From the NCBI RefSeq assembly GCF_964204645.1, contig NC_134035.1, forward strand, positions 1-64,000: a DNA stretch of 64,000 nt, given 5' to 3'. Below the pieces are notes generated by a model that was not told where the DNA came from, made no database searches, and was given only the letters and a program-made list of their open reading frames with translations. The translations under genes and the position numbers were made by a program. This DNA comes from Tubulanus polymorphus. Taxonomy: Eukaryota; Animalia; Nemertea. Position 1 is the stretch's first letter. Every line of letters begins with the position of its first letter. Shown here in pieces: positions 29,664 to 42,200 of the stretch.

Positions 29664-32413
29664 GCTGGTAATTGGAATGTGAATACGGAATCGCGCCCCA
29701 CATCTGTCGTCTCTGAGCGCGTGCAGTTTTAGTGTCGCTGTAATCCAGACAATCAGCATTCCACATCCCAACACCTAATAGTTTATTCATTAAAGCCAGT
29801 TCATATTTAATTCTCAAACTCTCAACATCGTCGTATCTCATTTGATGAATTTTACCAGTTTTACCATCCTAAAAATTGTTAAAAAATCGAATTCGTCAAC
29901 TTCAAACTACAAGAATGGAGCGGTGAGACTAAATAGAGAGAGGAAGGATTGTGTCTCATCTGAAAATGTCTTTCTTTGGTATTATGTCATCCTCTATGTC
30001 CCACAGATGTCCGGGGCACTTTCTACCGGAAGGCGATCATCAAGGTCCAATACTGCTATTTTGGTAGATGGGATTTGTGATTCTCTTTGATACTCAAGGG
30101 CTCAGTCAACCAGAACTACAGAACTAGCTGATACAGCAGCATCAGTTAGCATAGTAATTAGATATAAGTTAGATGAACTGGTTTTTACTGAACATGAATG
30201 AACACAGCTATCACCCTGCTGTCTGTACACACCCCCCTCACTCAGACGTTTGACAGACATTCAGCATTTTCCCAAAACATGTCCAGGCATCACCATCCCC
30301 TGCTGCAGTAACCCCACACATATTTCTTGAAAATTAATTTGGATGTCATGTCTGAAGTTTAGACAGACATTCACTATTTCAGAAAGATGTGATCACTTAT
30401 TTAAAAGGTGAACGTCTAGCCTGATTGTTGTTTACTAGCAGGACAGAATCAGAGATCATCATCACCGTGGAACAGTTAAATATTATGATTGGAGCTGCTT
30501 TTAATTACCTTGAAATTGAAGTACGGTGATTTAGATTGATCGTCCCACAATCGGCCGGATATCGATGTGTTTAACAGATTCATTATGTTTGTATACGGCA
30601 CTTGACGACCGACAGCATCGCTACAGTTCACTCCCCGAAATGGCACTCGTTTCAATTTGCAGACGTTGTCCTATAATTATCATTACAAAATATTAAATAT
30701 CTAATATCATTTTTTATCAATATCATTATTGATAGTCATAATATTATTTCAATAATAATTCAGAGAATTAACCAACAATTTTGGATGAATTAACACAAGC
30801 ATTGACACCAATCATGTATAGTCTTGGTTGGTTTGGTATTTGAATATATTTGCTTTTCATAGAAACTACTGTAACTTCGCTTCTTCTTCAGCATTTTTTT
30901 AAGCACGAGTTAGTCAGAATACCAGTCGTTGTTACCGGTTCCCTACAACGGTTGTTTGTAGAACGACGGCTACGTACTAGACTAAAGGTAGGCATCCCTT
31001 AGAGCCGTATTACGTTATTCAATGATTACCTGCGAGAGATCGATACATTCATAGTTGTAACCATACCACGGAACACCGAGTACCAACTTGGAAGCCGAGA
31101 TCATTTTCAAATATTCATTCAAACCTGGAATCAATATTAAGAGAACGATCAGAGCGCGAGTTTTAGTCAATACAAATTGCAGATATTATCGAACACTTAT
31201 ACCTCTAGTTGTTAAATCTATCGGTGAATTCGCCTTAGCAATACATCGACCACGAATCTGACTTTGTTCATCGTAAGACATCACAAACATGAAATCAGTG
31301 GATTTAGAGAGTTGTAAAATATCGTAGCATCGATCATCAGTGCAGTTCGGCCACCAGGCTACATCTATAGTCACCTGAATATCGATGAGAAAATACATCA
31401 AAGTCCTTCATCTGGTTTCAGTTCAATAATCAAATATCAAACCTCACTTTTCACTGAAATTAAATGATTTGCTTTCTGAGTCACATAAGCCGCATTCACC
31501 CTAACCACCGTTCCAAATTTAAAACAGAGAGAATCATAGCGTGGGTTCACACACGCGTTGTGTCAAATTGGCTACAGATTACTGGCCCTGCATGATTTTT
31601 GATGACTGCGGTTTATCATTACCTTCAAAAACTTATTATTTGAAACAAACCTGATAATAAGGATTGATTTTCTTGAATGTAGTTTGAGCTTCTTGTACCA
31701 ATGCGTTATAGCCCTGTCTACTGGCGTTATCATTACGTTCAATCACATCTTCAAAATCAAAATTAATTCCATCCAGGAAATTCTCCTCTACATATTTCAC
31801 ACGTTCCGCGACCCATTCGCGTCTCTTTTTCGCGTCTTTGAGATATTTTTTCTCGATGTTGGCAACGGTTACGATCTTTGCTCCGTGTGAATGGGCGTGA
31901 CAGACCATGAGAGGATTATAAACGCCAGGTCCGAACACGACCGCTGTTGTCACTTTACTCCAGTCATATTTCAACCAATATTTCTCATCTTTTTGAAGCA
32001 TGAATATAACAACCTAGAAATTAGAAAATACAATACAACACATTACAGTCAGACCTCTGTGAGCAAAATCTCCCTTTTATATGACAGAAATCTGTAGACA
32101 AGACGAAAAGGTGTCATTTTGACTTCTATTTTTAGAATCGGCAGTAAAAAATGCGGAGTATTCATTGTAGATTTACCTCATTTTTATGTTTAGTTGATGG
32201 TGTTTTACAAAGATATTCTTCCTGACAGGGACATGTATTGTCAGCAGTCCTCTTGCTCTTCCATCTCAATGACAGTGGCAGATGTAATTTAAATATTTCA
32301 GCGTTCACGACTTTCTCTCCTCCACTAAACACTGACACCGACAATAACAGCCATAAACCAATAAAACACAATAAAACACTCAATAAAACCTTGCCCCGAA
32401 CTGAATTAATCAT
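29638..32413 (-). CDS. CTBS: Di-N-acetylchitobiase (GH18); ~6 exons
   Basis: N-terminal hydrophobic segment; CPCQEEYLC; WLKYDWSKVTT; catalytic DGINFDFE; VTIDVAW; FVMSYDEQSQI..C.AKANSP; LVLGVPWYGYNY; PFRGVNCSDAVGRQ; GVGMWNADCLDY. Confidence 0.95.
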
Positions 32414-32518
32414 CGTTTAACAGCGAACAAACACAAAAATATTGTTTGTTAGGCCGGGTACACTTTTTTTCATTACGACATTGGGAAATTGGCCATATTA
32501 GTCATTCTGCAGATTTTC

Positions 32519-32901
32519 CAGAACCTGCCTTTAGAGGCCACCTGGCTTCTCAGGGCAGGTACCTGCCCTGAAAGCCCAGTCATTTGAATCAATAAAAAAT
32601 AAAAACCCATTCAACTGATTGAGCTGAAACGGTGGCATGGTGATCGGGATATTAGGATTCAAATTGGTATTTTTCAGAAACAAATTTACGATTAACATGC
32701 TGTTTCTTCGAATTTCTTTGCACTTCACTTTATTTTAATTTCATGATACTCGACAAGGTGAATGTCTAATATCGGTAAGATAGTTCGCCGTTTCATCAGA
32801 ATTATAGCCGAGTTTTTCATTTATACTGCTTAATTGCAACACTGGCCTCTCATGGCAGGTTTCTGCCCTGAGAAGCCATGTAGCCTCTCAAAGCAGGTCT
32901 G
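32519..32901. mobile_element. MITE-like element with ~60-bp inverted arms between the divergent CTBS and synaptojanin starts
   Basis: 32519-32580 cagaacctgcctttagaggccacctggcttctcagggcagg.. is the imperfect reverse complement of 32841-32901 actggcctctcatggcagg..gcctctcaaagcaggtctg. Confidence 0.7.
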
Positions 32902-33229
32902 CGGATTCTTCTCAAATTGGCCGAGATGTCCGTCCGCTAGCGCCACCTAACTCAGTGTATATTTTTCCATTATTTACTGTACACAAAACGTTCAGTACGA
33001 TAGCGTGTATATTACCATCATCAACTAATTGAATGTCAACAGATTCATTGGTCTTTCATCTGCTCAATATCTTAATAAAATTATCGTTAGCACAAATTTA
33101 CTAAATTGGATTGAATTGAATTGGTCCTGGAAATACTGAATCAACATGCTGCATTTTCATACGTCAAAACCCGGAACTGATTGATTTTATCGAAATAAAT
33201 TTTTCGATCAGTGTAATTAGAATCACAGA

Positions 33230-36200
33230 ATGGCGATGCGTAAAGATTTCCGAGTTTATCACAAATTAGAACCACCCTACAGCGTGCTGGTTGAATGTAG
33301 AAGTAAAGAAGAGAGTTTGCTGTTTGAGAATCAGGCAGTTGCCGTTCTTTGTAAGTAGCATCTCCCGATTCTAAAAACAAATCCTTGCTTTTAGATTTTA
33401 GAATCATTCAACGATCGATCTGTTAATCAATGTAACATCGTTTTAATTTAGCTAACATTGAAACTGACACAGTTAAACAACAATATACGAAGATAATGGA
33501 TGGTTACGGATGTTTGGGGGTGCTAAAACTATCTTATGGTGAGTATAAACCCAGCGCTTCATCAGTATCAAACAGAACAGTGGTCCAGTAGTAGTTAGTT
33601 ACTGGACTGGGCTTGATTAGCAGCTCACTGTATGTTGATACCGGACTGGATGCAATTTGTCCAGATTCTGATGATATTTAGAAAGGTTTTTAAGCTCAAT
33701 CAAACGTTATGAATATTGATAATATTTATTTCAGTTGATGGTAATCTGTTATACCTGATACTCGTTACTGGTTGTATTTCCGTCGGGAAAATTCTTAACT
33801 CAGAGATTTTCCGCGTTACCGCGACCACTTTCATATCGCTTCAAAATCTGCCGCAGGACGAGGATCGTATTGTTGAGGTGCGGAAACTATTGAATTCTGG
33901 AACGTTCTATTTCTCGTGGTCATCGTCAGGGCAACCGTTAGATCTCAGTTTATGCGCGCAGAGAACGCATCAAGATCACGTGACTGATAATCGATTTTTC
34001 TGGTGAGATATTGTCCATGTTTTTTACTTAGCTTTAGGAATAGGCCTGATTTCACCCATCCAGTCACCAGGACCTACCTCCTACTAATTACAATGTATTG
34101 GGTACTGAGCCCTGGCAAGTGAGGATGAGCAAGAGCTGGTTTCACAAAATCAGAACTTCTTGGTAGAGATAAACCACAAATAAAAACCAACAGTAGATTT
34201 GTAGAAACAGTTTATTTCCTAACAGTTTTGATTTAAAACTAAACCTCATCTTTAGAGGAACAATTGTTTCTACAAATCTACTGCGGGTTTTTATTTGTTA
34301 ACTATACTGAGATTTATATCAGTTCACTACAGTCACAAATAGTCTCCTCAATGATATTTACCGGTATACTTTGACTTAAATTCTCACGGTTACTTATCTA
34401 ACCTGAGCAGTTTAATGATGTAATTGTCACTCTGATATTTCTAGGAATCGAGCTTTATTCGTTCATCTGCAGCGTTTTGGTGTAAACTGTAGTAATTGGT
34501 TGATGAAGATAATGTGCGGAGGTATTGAAATACGTACTATCTACGCAGCTGATAAACAGGGTAAAGCCTGTTTAATATCGAGACTGAGTTGTGAACGTGC
34601 GGGAACTAGGTTTAATGTTAGAGGCACGAACGATGATGGACATGTCGCTAATTTCGTCGAAACTGAACAGGTTAATATTTCACATATTTCACAAACCCAC
34701 ATCTAAGTTACTGCTCCTACTGACCCTACTGCCCCTACTACCCCTATTGCCCCTACTGCCCCTACTGACCTACTGACCTATAAGCAGTTAAGATTTGAAT
34801 ATTCTATTTGTAGGTGATATTCATTGATGATAAAGTCACCTCTTATTTACAAACTCGTGGTTCAGTTCCGTTATTCTGGGAACAGCCAGGACTTCAGGTT
34901 AGTTGAGCGGAAATTGAAATGATAAGGGTCTTGATACCAGTTGAGTATCAGTAAATGTTTCTTCAAAAAGCTTAGTTAAATAGTTACCTCACAGTTATAC
35001 TGTTACGAACTGTGAGAGTCTGAGTCTACTCTGTAGTTAACTGTAGCTCAATATATGATATTTAAGGTCGGATCTCATAAAGTGAAAATGTCTCGAGGTT
35101 ATGAAGCATCTGCTCCTGCATTCGAGCGTCATTTAAACATGGTTAAACAGCAATACGGTGAACAGGTTATAGTAAATCTACTTGGCAGCAAAGAAGGAGA
35201 ATTCATGCTTAGTCAAGCATTCCAGGTAAATGTGAAACCTGCCCAAATCAGGATTCAGATCTAACAAGTGAAACTGGATTCAAAACTATTAGAACTGGAG
35301 TCAGAGTTATAAAACATTTTTCTGTTAATTTCTATTTTATAGAATCATCACAAAGCTTCCATACATTCTCAGAGTATCCCACACATAGCGTTTGATTATC
35401 ACGCCGAGTTCCGCGGCAATAAAAAGAACCTGAATAAACTCAAAACTAAAGTTATGAAACAACTGAATGATTTCGATATGTTTTACTGCAGCGGTTCAGC
35501 TATAATGAGGTATAAAATACGATCATCTGAATTTTACTCACTAATTTCTAACATCCAGATGTTTGTTAACCAACTTTTGAATAACTGGCCTCAGATCCAC
35601 ACGCGGTAAGTTCACTGTTGAATTCTGATTCTGATACGTATTTTGTAACTACAGACAACAAACTGGAACAATTCGAACCAACTGTTTGGATTGTTTGGAT
35701 CGGACAAATGCTGTTCAAACACTATTTGGTTTAGAAGTGAGTAGTTCAGTAAAACCCTTAAACTCCGTTCTCATCCATCTACCATACTCACATTCAACTT
35801 GTACTTTCTATTTATAGATTTTACCCAAACAATTAGAATGTTTAGGTTTAGAGAATAAACCTCAAATGGTGTCGCGTTTCTTCGATGTTTATAAACAGAT
35901 TTGGGCTTTGAATGGAGATCAAGTGAGCCGTATTTATGCGGGGACCGGGGCTCTCGGTGGCGGCAGATCAAAGGTATCTTTACTGGAAAATGTCTCATTT
36001 CATGTTTATAAGTTTGATATTTGATACTGATATTCAGATATATCATTGTAGATGTATTGAGATGATTTTATCGATGTTTATAGTTTAGTAATTTGTGGGA
36101 GATTTTGTGTTATGTCGATTTCAGACTAAATTAATGAATTATGTAAGTTAAATGATCAGATAATCTACGGTATGCGAGATTATATAGAGTTTAGTTTAAA

Positions 36201-39200
36201 TCAGTATCAATTCTGATAGTCATACTATAATATAGTATATTCTACTAAATCTATCTACCTTGGGTGAGTAGAATTTGGAGAGGTAAAACTGACCCCACTC
36301 AACCCCCCCCCTCCTCATTTAGAGCGGTTTTACTGAGGAGTTGATTATGATTGATTTCAGTATAAAGACGCAGCGCGATCAGCGACGAGAACCATTCAGA
36401 ATAACTTTCTCGACAACAGCAAACAAGAAGCAATAGATATCTTATTGTTAGGTCACACGCTGAAAACAGAGATGTCTGATAAAGCGAGGGCGCTACTGTC
36501 TAATAAATGTCTTCAAGGTAAGGTCGACAAATTGGGATTTGGGAGGGAGGGAAGGGAGAATCTTCGTCTTGAAATGTTTTTCTCTTCTGTTTGAAAGCTT
36601 CCCCAGCAATACTCAGTGAATTAGTGATGAGACATACTGAATACACATATTCCACATCACTGCGGATATTCAGCGGAACGTGGAATGTCAATGGTGGAAA
36701 ACATTTCCGCAGCGTGGCGTTCAAACACGAACAGGTCACCGATTGGTTGCTCGATTTACCCGCTATCTCGTACGAGACTCAACCAGGTACATTTTAAAAT
36801 TCAGTTTACCTCAGAAACTGTGTGGAATACGCAGATATTTGATATAAATGTAATTTGTGTCTGTTCAGATTTATTGGATGAAAGTGCAGATTACACGAAA
36901 CCTGTTGATATATTCGCGATTGGATTCGAAGAGATCGTTGATTTGAACGCCAGTAACATCATGAATGCTAGGTACATTCTCATTTTATCTGATATCTCAC
37001 AGATCTGTGTGTGAGATGACTGTGATATCTCACAGATCTGTGCGTGAGATGACTGTGATATCTCACAGATCTGTGCGTGAGATGACTGTGATATCTCACA
37101 GATCTGTGCGTGAGATGACTGTGATATCTCACAGATCTGTGCGTGAGATGACTGTGATATCTCACAGATCTGTGCGTGAGATGACTGTGATATCTCACAG
37201 ATCTGTGCGTGAGATGACTGTGATATCTCACAGATCTGTGCGTGAGATGACTGTGATATCTCACAGATCTGTGCGTGAGATGACTGTGATATCTCACAGA
37301 TCTGTGCGTGAGATGACTGTGATATCTCACAGATCTGTGCGTGAGATGACTGTGATATCTCACAGATCTGTGCGTGAGATGACTGTGATATCTCACAGAT
37401 CTGTGCGTGAGATGACTGTGATATCTCACAGATCTGTGCGTGAGATGACTGTGATATCTCACAGATCTGTGCGTGAGATGACAGTGATATCTCACAGATC
37501 TGTGCGTGAGATGACTGTGATATCTCACAGATCTGTGCGTGAGATGACTGTGATATCTCACAGATCTGTGCGTGAGATGACTGTGATATCTCACAGATCT
37601 GTGTGTGAGATGACTGTGATATCTCACAGATCTGTGTGTGAGATGACTGTGATATCTCACAGATCTGTGTGTGAGATGACTGTGATATCTCACAGATCTG
37701 TGCGTGAGATGACTGTGATATATCACAGATCTGTGCGTGAGATGACTGTGATATCTCACAGATCTGTGCGTGAGATGACTGTGATATCTCACAGATCTGT
37801 GTGTGAGATGACTGTGATATCTCACAGATCTGTGTGTGAGATGACTGTGATATCTCACAGATCTGTGTGTGAGATGACTGTGATATCTCACAGATCTGTG
37901 TGTGAGATGACTGTGATATCTCACAGATCTGTGTGTGAGATGATATACTATGATCTATTTTACCTATCATTGATAGTTCACAGAATGTACGAGAATGGGC
38001 GATGTTTCTACAGAAGACAATTTCTCGTGATGTGAAGTATGTTTTATTGACGTCTGCTCAACTCGTCGGAGTTTGTTTATATATATTCATTAGACCTCAA
38101 CTCGCTCCATTCATCAGGTATAAACTACTTTCATCTCAACTCGTCGTTCATCTACCCGTAATTTAGAAGTAAAACAAATTTGACTGAGAACGACGTCCCT
38201 CTTCTCAAACCTTCAAGGAGATGTAACGAATAATTATTATTTCATTATTATTTCACACAGAGATGTAGCAGTTGACTCAGTAAAGACCGGTCTCGGAGGT
38301 GCAGCAGGAAATAAAGGGGGCGTTGCTATCAGATTTATGGCGTACAGCACTAGTCTGTGTTTTGTCTGTTCACATTTCGCCGCAGGACAATCTCAAATAT
38401 CTGAACGTAACAACGATTTCAGTGAGATCTATAAACGTATCTCATTCCCGATGGTAAGTATTCCAGTGTTCGGTCGACAGGGGTATCATTGACTGATAGG
38501 TGATGGGCTCGAACATGACTAGTAAAACCGCTAGATACTGCTTTGAATACATCTTAGTGGATTCAGCTTTGTGATATACTGATACCTGACACATTTATAT
38601 ATCTGTTTTATAGGAAGCTTGTTTGGTAAGGTTTAGGGTTAGATTTATTTGTGTGTGTTTATTATTTTGAGGTAGATTTACAGACTGAGTAATTCTGTAA
38701 TTCTCTGCTGTAGTTTAGTGCATGGTTTCTGTATGGTTTGGTTCACAGTTTAAGCTATACCAGGTCGAAATACCCGGGGGTCTGGCTTGACCGGGTTTAA
38801 ATACCCGGGGATGTGGCTGGACCGGGTCTTAGTACCGGGGGATGTGGCTGGACCGGGGCTAAGTACCCGGGGATGTGCCTTGACTGGGTTTAAATACCCG
38901 GGGATGTGGCTGGACCGGGTCTAAATACCCGGGGATGTGGCTGGACCGGGTCTTAGTACTGGGGGATGTGGCTGGACCGGGTCTAAATACCCGGGGATGT
39001 GCCTTGACTGGGTTAAAATACCCGGGGATGTGGCTGGACCGGGTCTAAATACCCGGGGATGTGGCTGGACCGGGTCTAAATACCCGGGGATGTGGCTGGA
39101 CCGGGTCTAAATACCCGGGGATGTGCCTTGACTGGGTTTAAATACCCGGGGATGTGGCTGGACCGGGTCTTAGTACCGGGGGATGTGGCTGGACCGGGGC

Positions 39201-42200
39201 TAAGTACCCGGGGATGTGCCTTGACTGGGTTTAAATACCCGGGGATGTGGCTGGACCGGGTCTTAGTACCGGGGGATGTGGCTGGACCGGGGCTAAGTAC
39301 CCGGGGATGTGACTATAGCAAAGTATTTCACATTTTATATTTATATTACATCATTTTCTTATTCAGTGTCAGCAATATTTATGTTCATGCTTTGCATGGT
39401 TTTTTTGTCTGATGCATATAATCGTTTTAAACTCATCCCAAAATATGCCTTACGTAATTCTTCAGAATTTACAAATTTGAGACCCCTTAATTCCAGTCAT
39501 TCTAGATTTATCTTCAAAATCTGAATTGAAATTCTACGTTTAACCTGCAGGGTCGGTCGCTATCTAGTCATGACTATGTGTTCTGGTGCGGTGATTTTAA
39601 CTATAGAATCGACCTGACCAATGATGAAGTAAAAGAGATGATCGCTAATAATGATTGGGCTTCGCTTCAACAAGGAGATCAACTTATCAGTCAAAAACAA
39701 GCAGGAAACGTAAGTCATCACGTAAAACATTCCTTAATTACGTCCAATCCAGAGTCCAGTTTTACAAAAGAATGTGGAATCCTAAATTGATTTAAGAATT
39801 AAATGTGTTTAGTACAAGTGAACCCGAATTCAGAGATGAAAAGCTCTATTTCAATTCCAGACATTTAATGGATTTAACGAAGGTTTGCCGAATTTTGCAC
39901 CGACCTATAAATACGATCTGTTCTGTGATGATTACGATACCAGTGAAAAGAATCGATGTCCGGCTTGGACCGATCGGGTTTTGTGGAGACGCAAAAAACT
40001 ACCAACTAAAGGTACAGGCAATCAGTGGCCCCCCTACGCCCACACATGTACGGGCGATCAGTGGCCCCCCTACGCCCACACAGGAACGGGCAATTAGTGA
40101 TGTCTCATGCCCACACAGGAACGGGCAATCAGTGACGCCCCCAACGCCCACACAGGTACGGGCAATCAGTGATGCCCCCTACGCCCCCCACGCCCCTGTC
40201 TGGTGCTAGATCAGCTGTTGAAATACATGTATTTGAATATAAGAATCAAAAACATCATTACAGATGATCAAGATGAAGGGAATCCTGGAAAACTATTATT
40301 ATACAATCGAGCAGAACTGAAAACATCCGATCACAGGTCAGTCTATTGTTCATTACTGATTTCTAATTATTGTCTTATTGATTCACCTCAGTATTTGAAT
40401 TGATATATTGATATATCTATCAGACCAGTGATATTGATATATTGATATATCTATCAGACCAGTGATATTGATATATTGATATATCTATCAGACCAGTGAT
40501 ATTGATATTTCTTTCAGACCGGTGATGGCTCTACTCGATATCGATATTCTACACGTCGATGAAAAGTGTCGTAAATCAACAATCGAAGATGTGGTCAGTA
40601 GACAAGGTCCAGCCGACGGAACGGTTATGATTAGTCTAATAGATGGCAGCACGTTTGATGATGATGAGCTGATCGATGTTATCTGTACCAAGTTCGCTCT
40701 CGCTGGAGAAGTTATATTGATTCGGTAAATCATTCTTAACCTCTAAACTGAGCCACTAAACATCTCTCAAAGTATTACGTATAAGTGACTGAGAGGGAGC
40801 CCAGAGAAGAATCATCTAAAAACAACGTGTATCATCCAAAATTCAAAAAAGAATCCTAGTTCAGCAAGACCAGGCCTTCCTCAGACCTAATGTCTCCCAG
40901 TGGTAGATATATGAAAAGGAGCCCAGAGAAGAATCATCAAGAAACAAATGATCATCATTCAAAATTTGAAGACAAATCCTAGTTCGGCAAGACCAACGCA
41001 GGCCTTCCTCAGATCTAATGTCTCCCAGTCATAGATATATGGAAATATTGTATTGTAGGTTTGTAGGTGATGAAATGGCATTAACATATCGTTGCGGTCA
41101 AAGTGCTTTAATAGCTTTAAAATATGATGAAACTGAAGTAAATCATCGATTAATCAGAGTTCGATTGAGAACTGATAACTGGAAGGATGAGATGGAAAAA
41201 GAGATGTCAGTTTGTACGGCTAATACTGCTGCTTTATATAATGCGTTTACTAATTCTCTACTCGGAGATGATTTCGATATTCCGACTATGACTTATGATA
41301 TGGAAGGTAAGCTATACCTTAACCCAGTGATAGATTTACTGTTGCTAAGATCATAATTAGAAGCCTCGGTATAATTTTCAAATGTACCCAGGACCCAGTT
41401 TCACTGTTGTGAGTTCCATCTACTCGAGTTGTATTTAAACCAGACTTCATTGAGTCCAGGGCCGGAATGCTCAGTCGTGACTGGTAATTAATCATAAGAC
41501 TAGTCTTAAGTTGTTTGATTGGTTATATACAAGAAAGATGGTTTAGAGCGGTCTTGCCTAAGCCTGCAACAGAGCAACAGTTCCTAGGTCTATTTAACTG
41601 ACCCCCCACTTAATTCTATAAAGTATTATTTCACATTGATAGTAATTATGGTAGGTTGTTTTATGCAGGTGATGAGTTGGATGAAGAGTTGATTGGACTC
41701 GGTTTAGATGGTAATTTACAGGCTTCACCGGCTGGATCCGGTCGGACTACGCCGGTCTCCGACGACGAGGATTCGTCGAGGAATAATCGACCTCCTCGTC
41801 CACCTGCGGCGGTGAAATCAATGAATAAACCTTCTCGCCCAACACCGCCATCTACGATCAGTCAACAACCGATACGAGTATCAACACCTACTATTACTTT
41901 AGAGGTATAAACTAGTGTCAGTTAACTCAGCACATGGTTCCCTAATCTTTCAGTTCAGTTTGACTCAATTGAGGTGAAATTAGTTCATTTTCCAAATTAA
42001 GTTAAACCTTTATTGCGTACCTCTCTAAAATGAACACTTTTTTCTTGGAACCAATCAAAATTTTCTAATCCATTTTCAATTTAGTGAAACCTTTCTACCA
42101 CAAGTGTTCACTCTAGACAGGTTTTATTGCATTCAAAACTAGAATCAAATTCATTAATTCAGAACTGTAGAACTAGGCGCAGTATTTCATGGGACTATTT

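Noticed and set aside
35973-35982. Possible U12-type donor (gtatcttt)
   Set aside because: Does not match GTATCCTT and no clear U12 branch point was seen.
36891-38035. Three overlapping 314-359-aa ORFs
   Set aside because: Translations of a stop-free 33-bp intronic tandem repeat; the flanking synaptojanin exons splice in frame across it.
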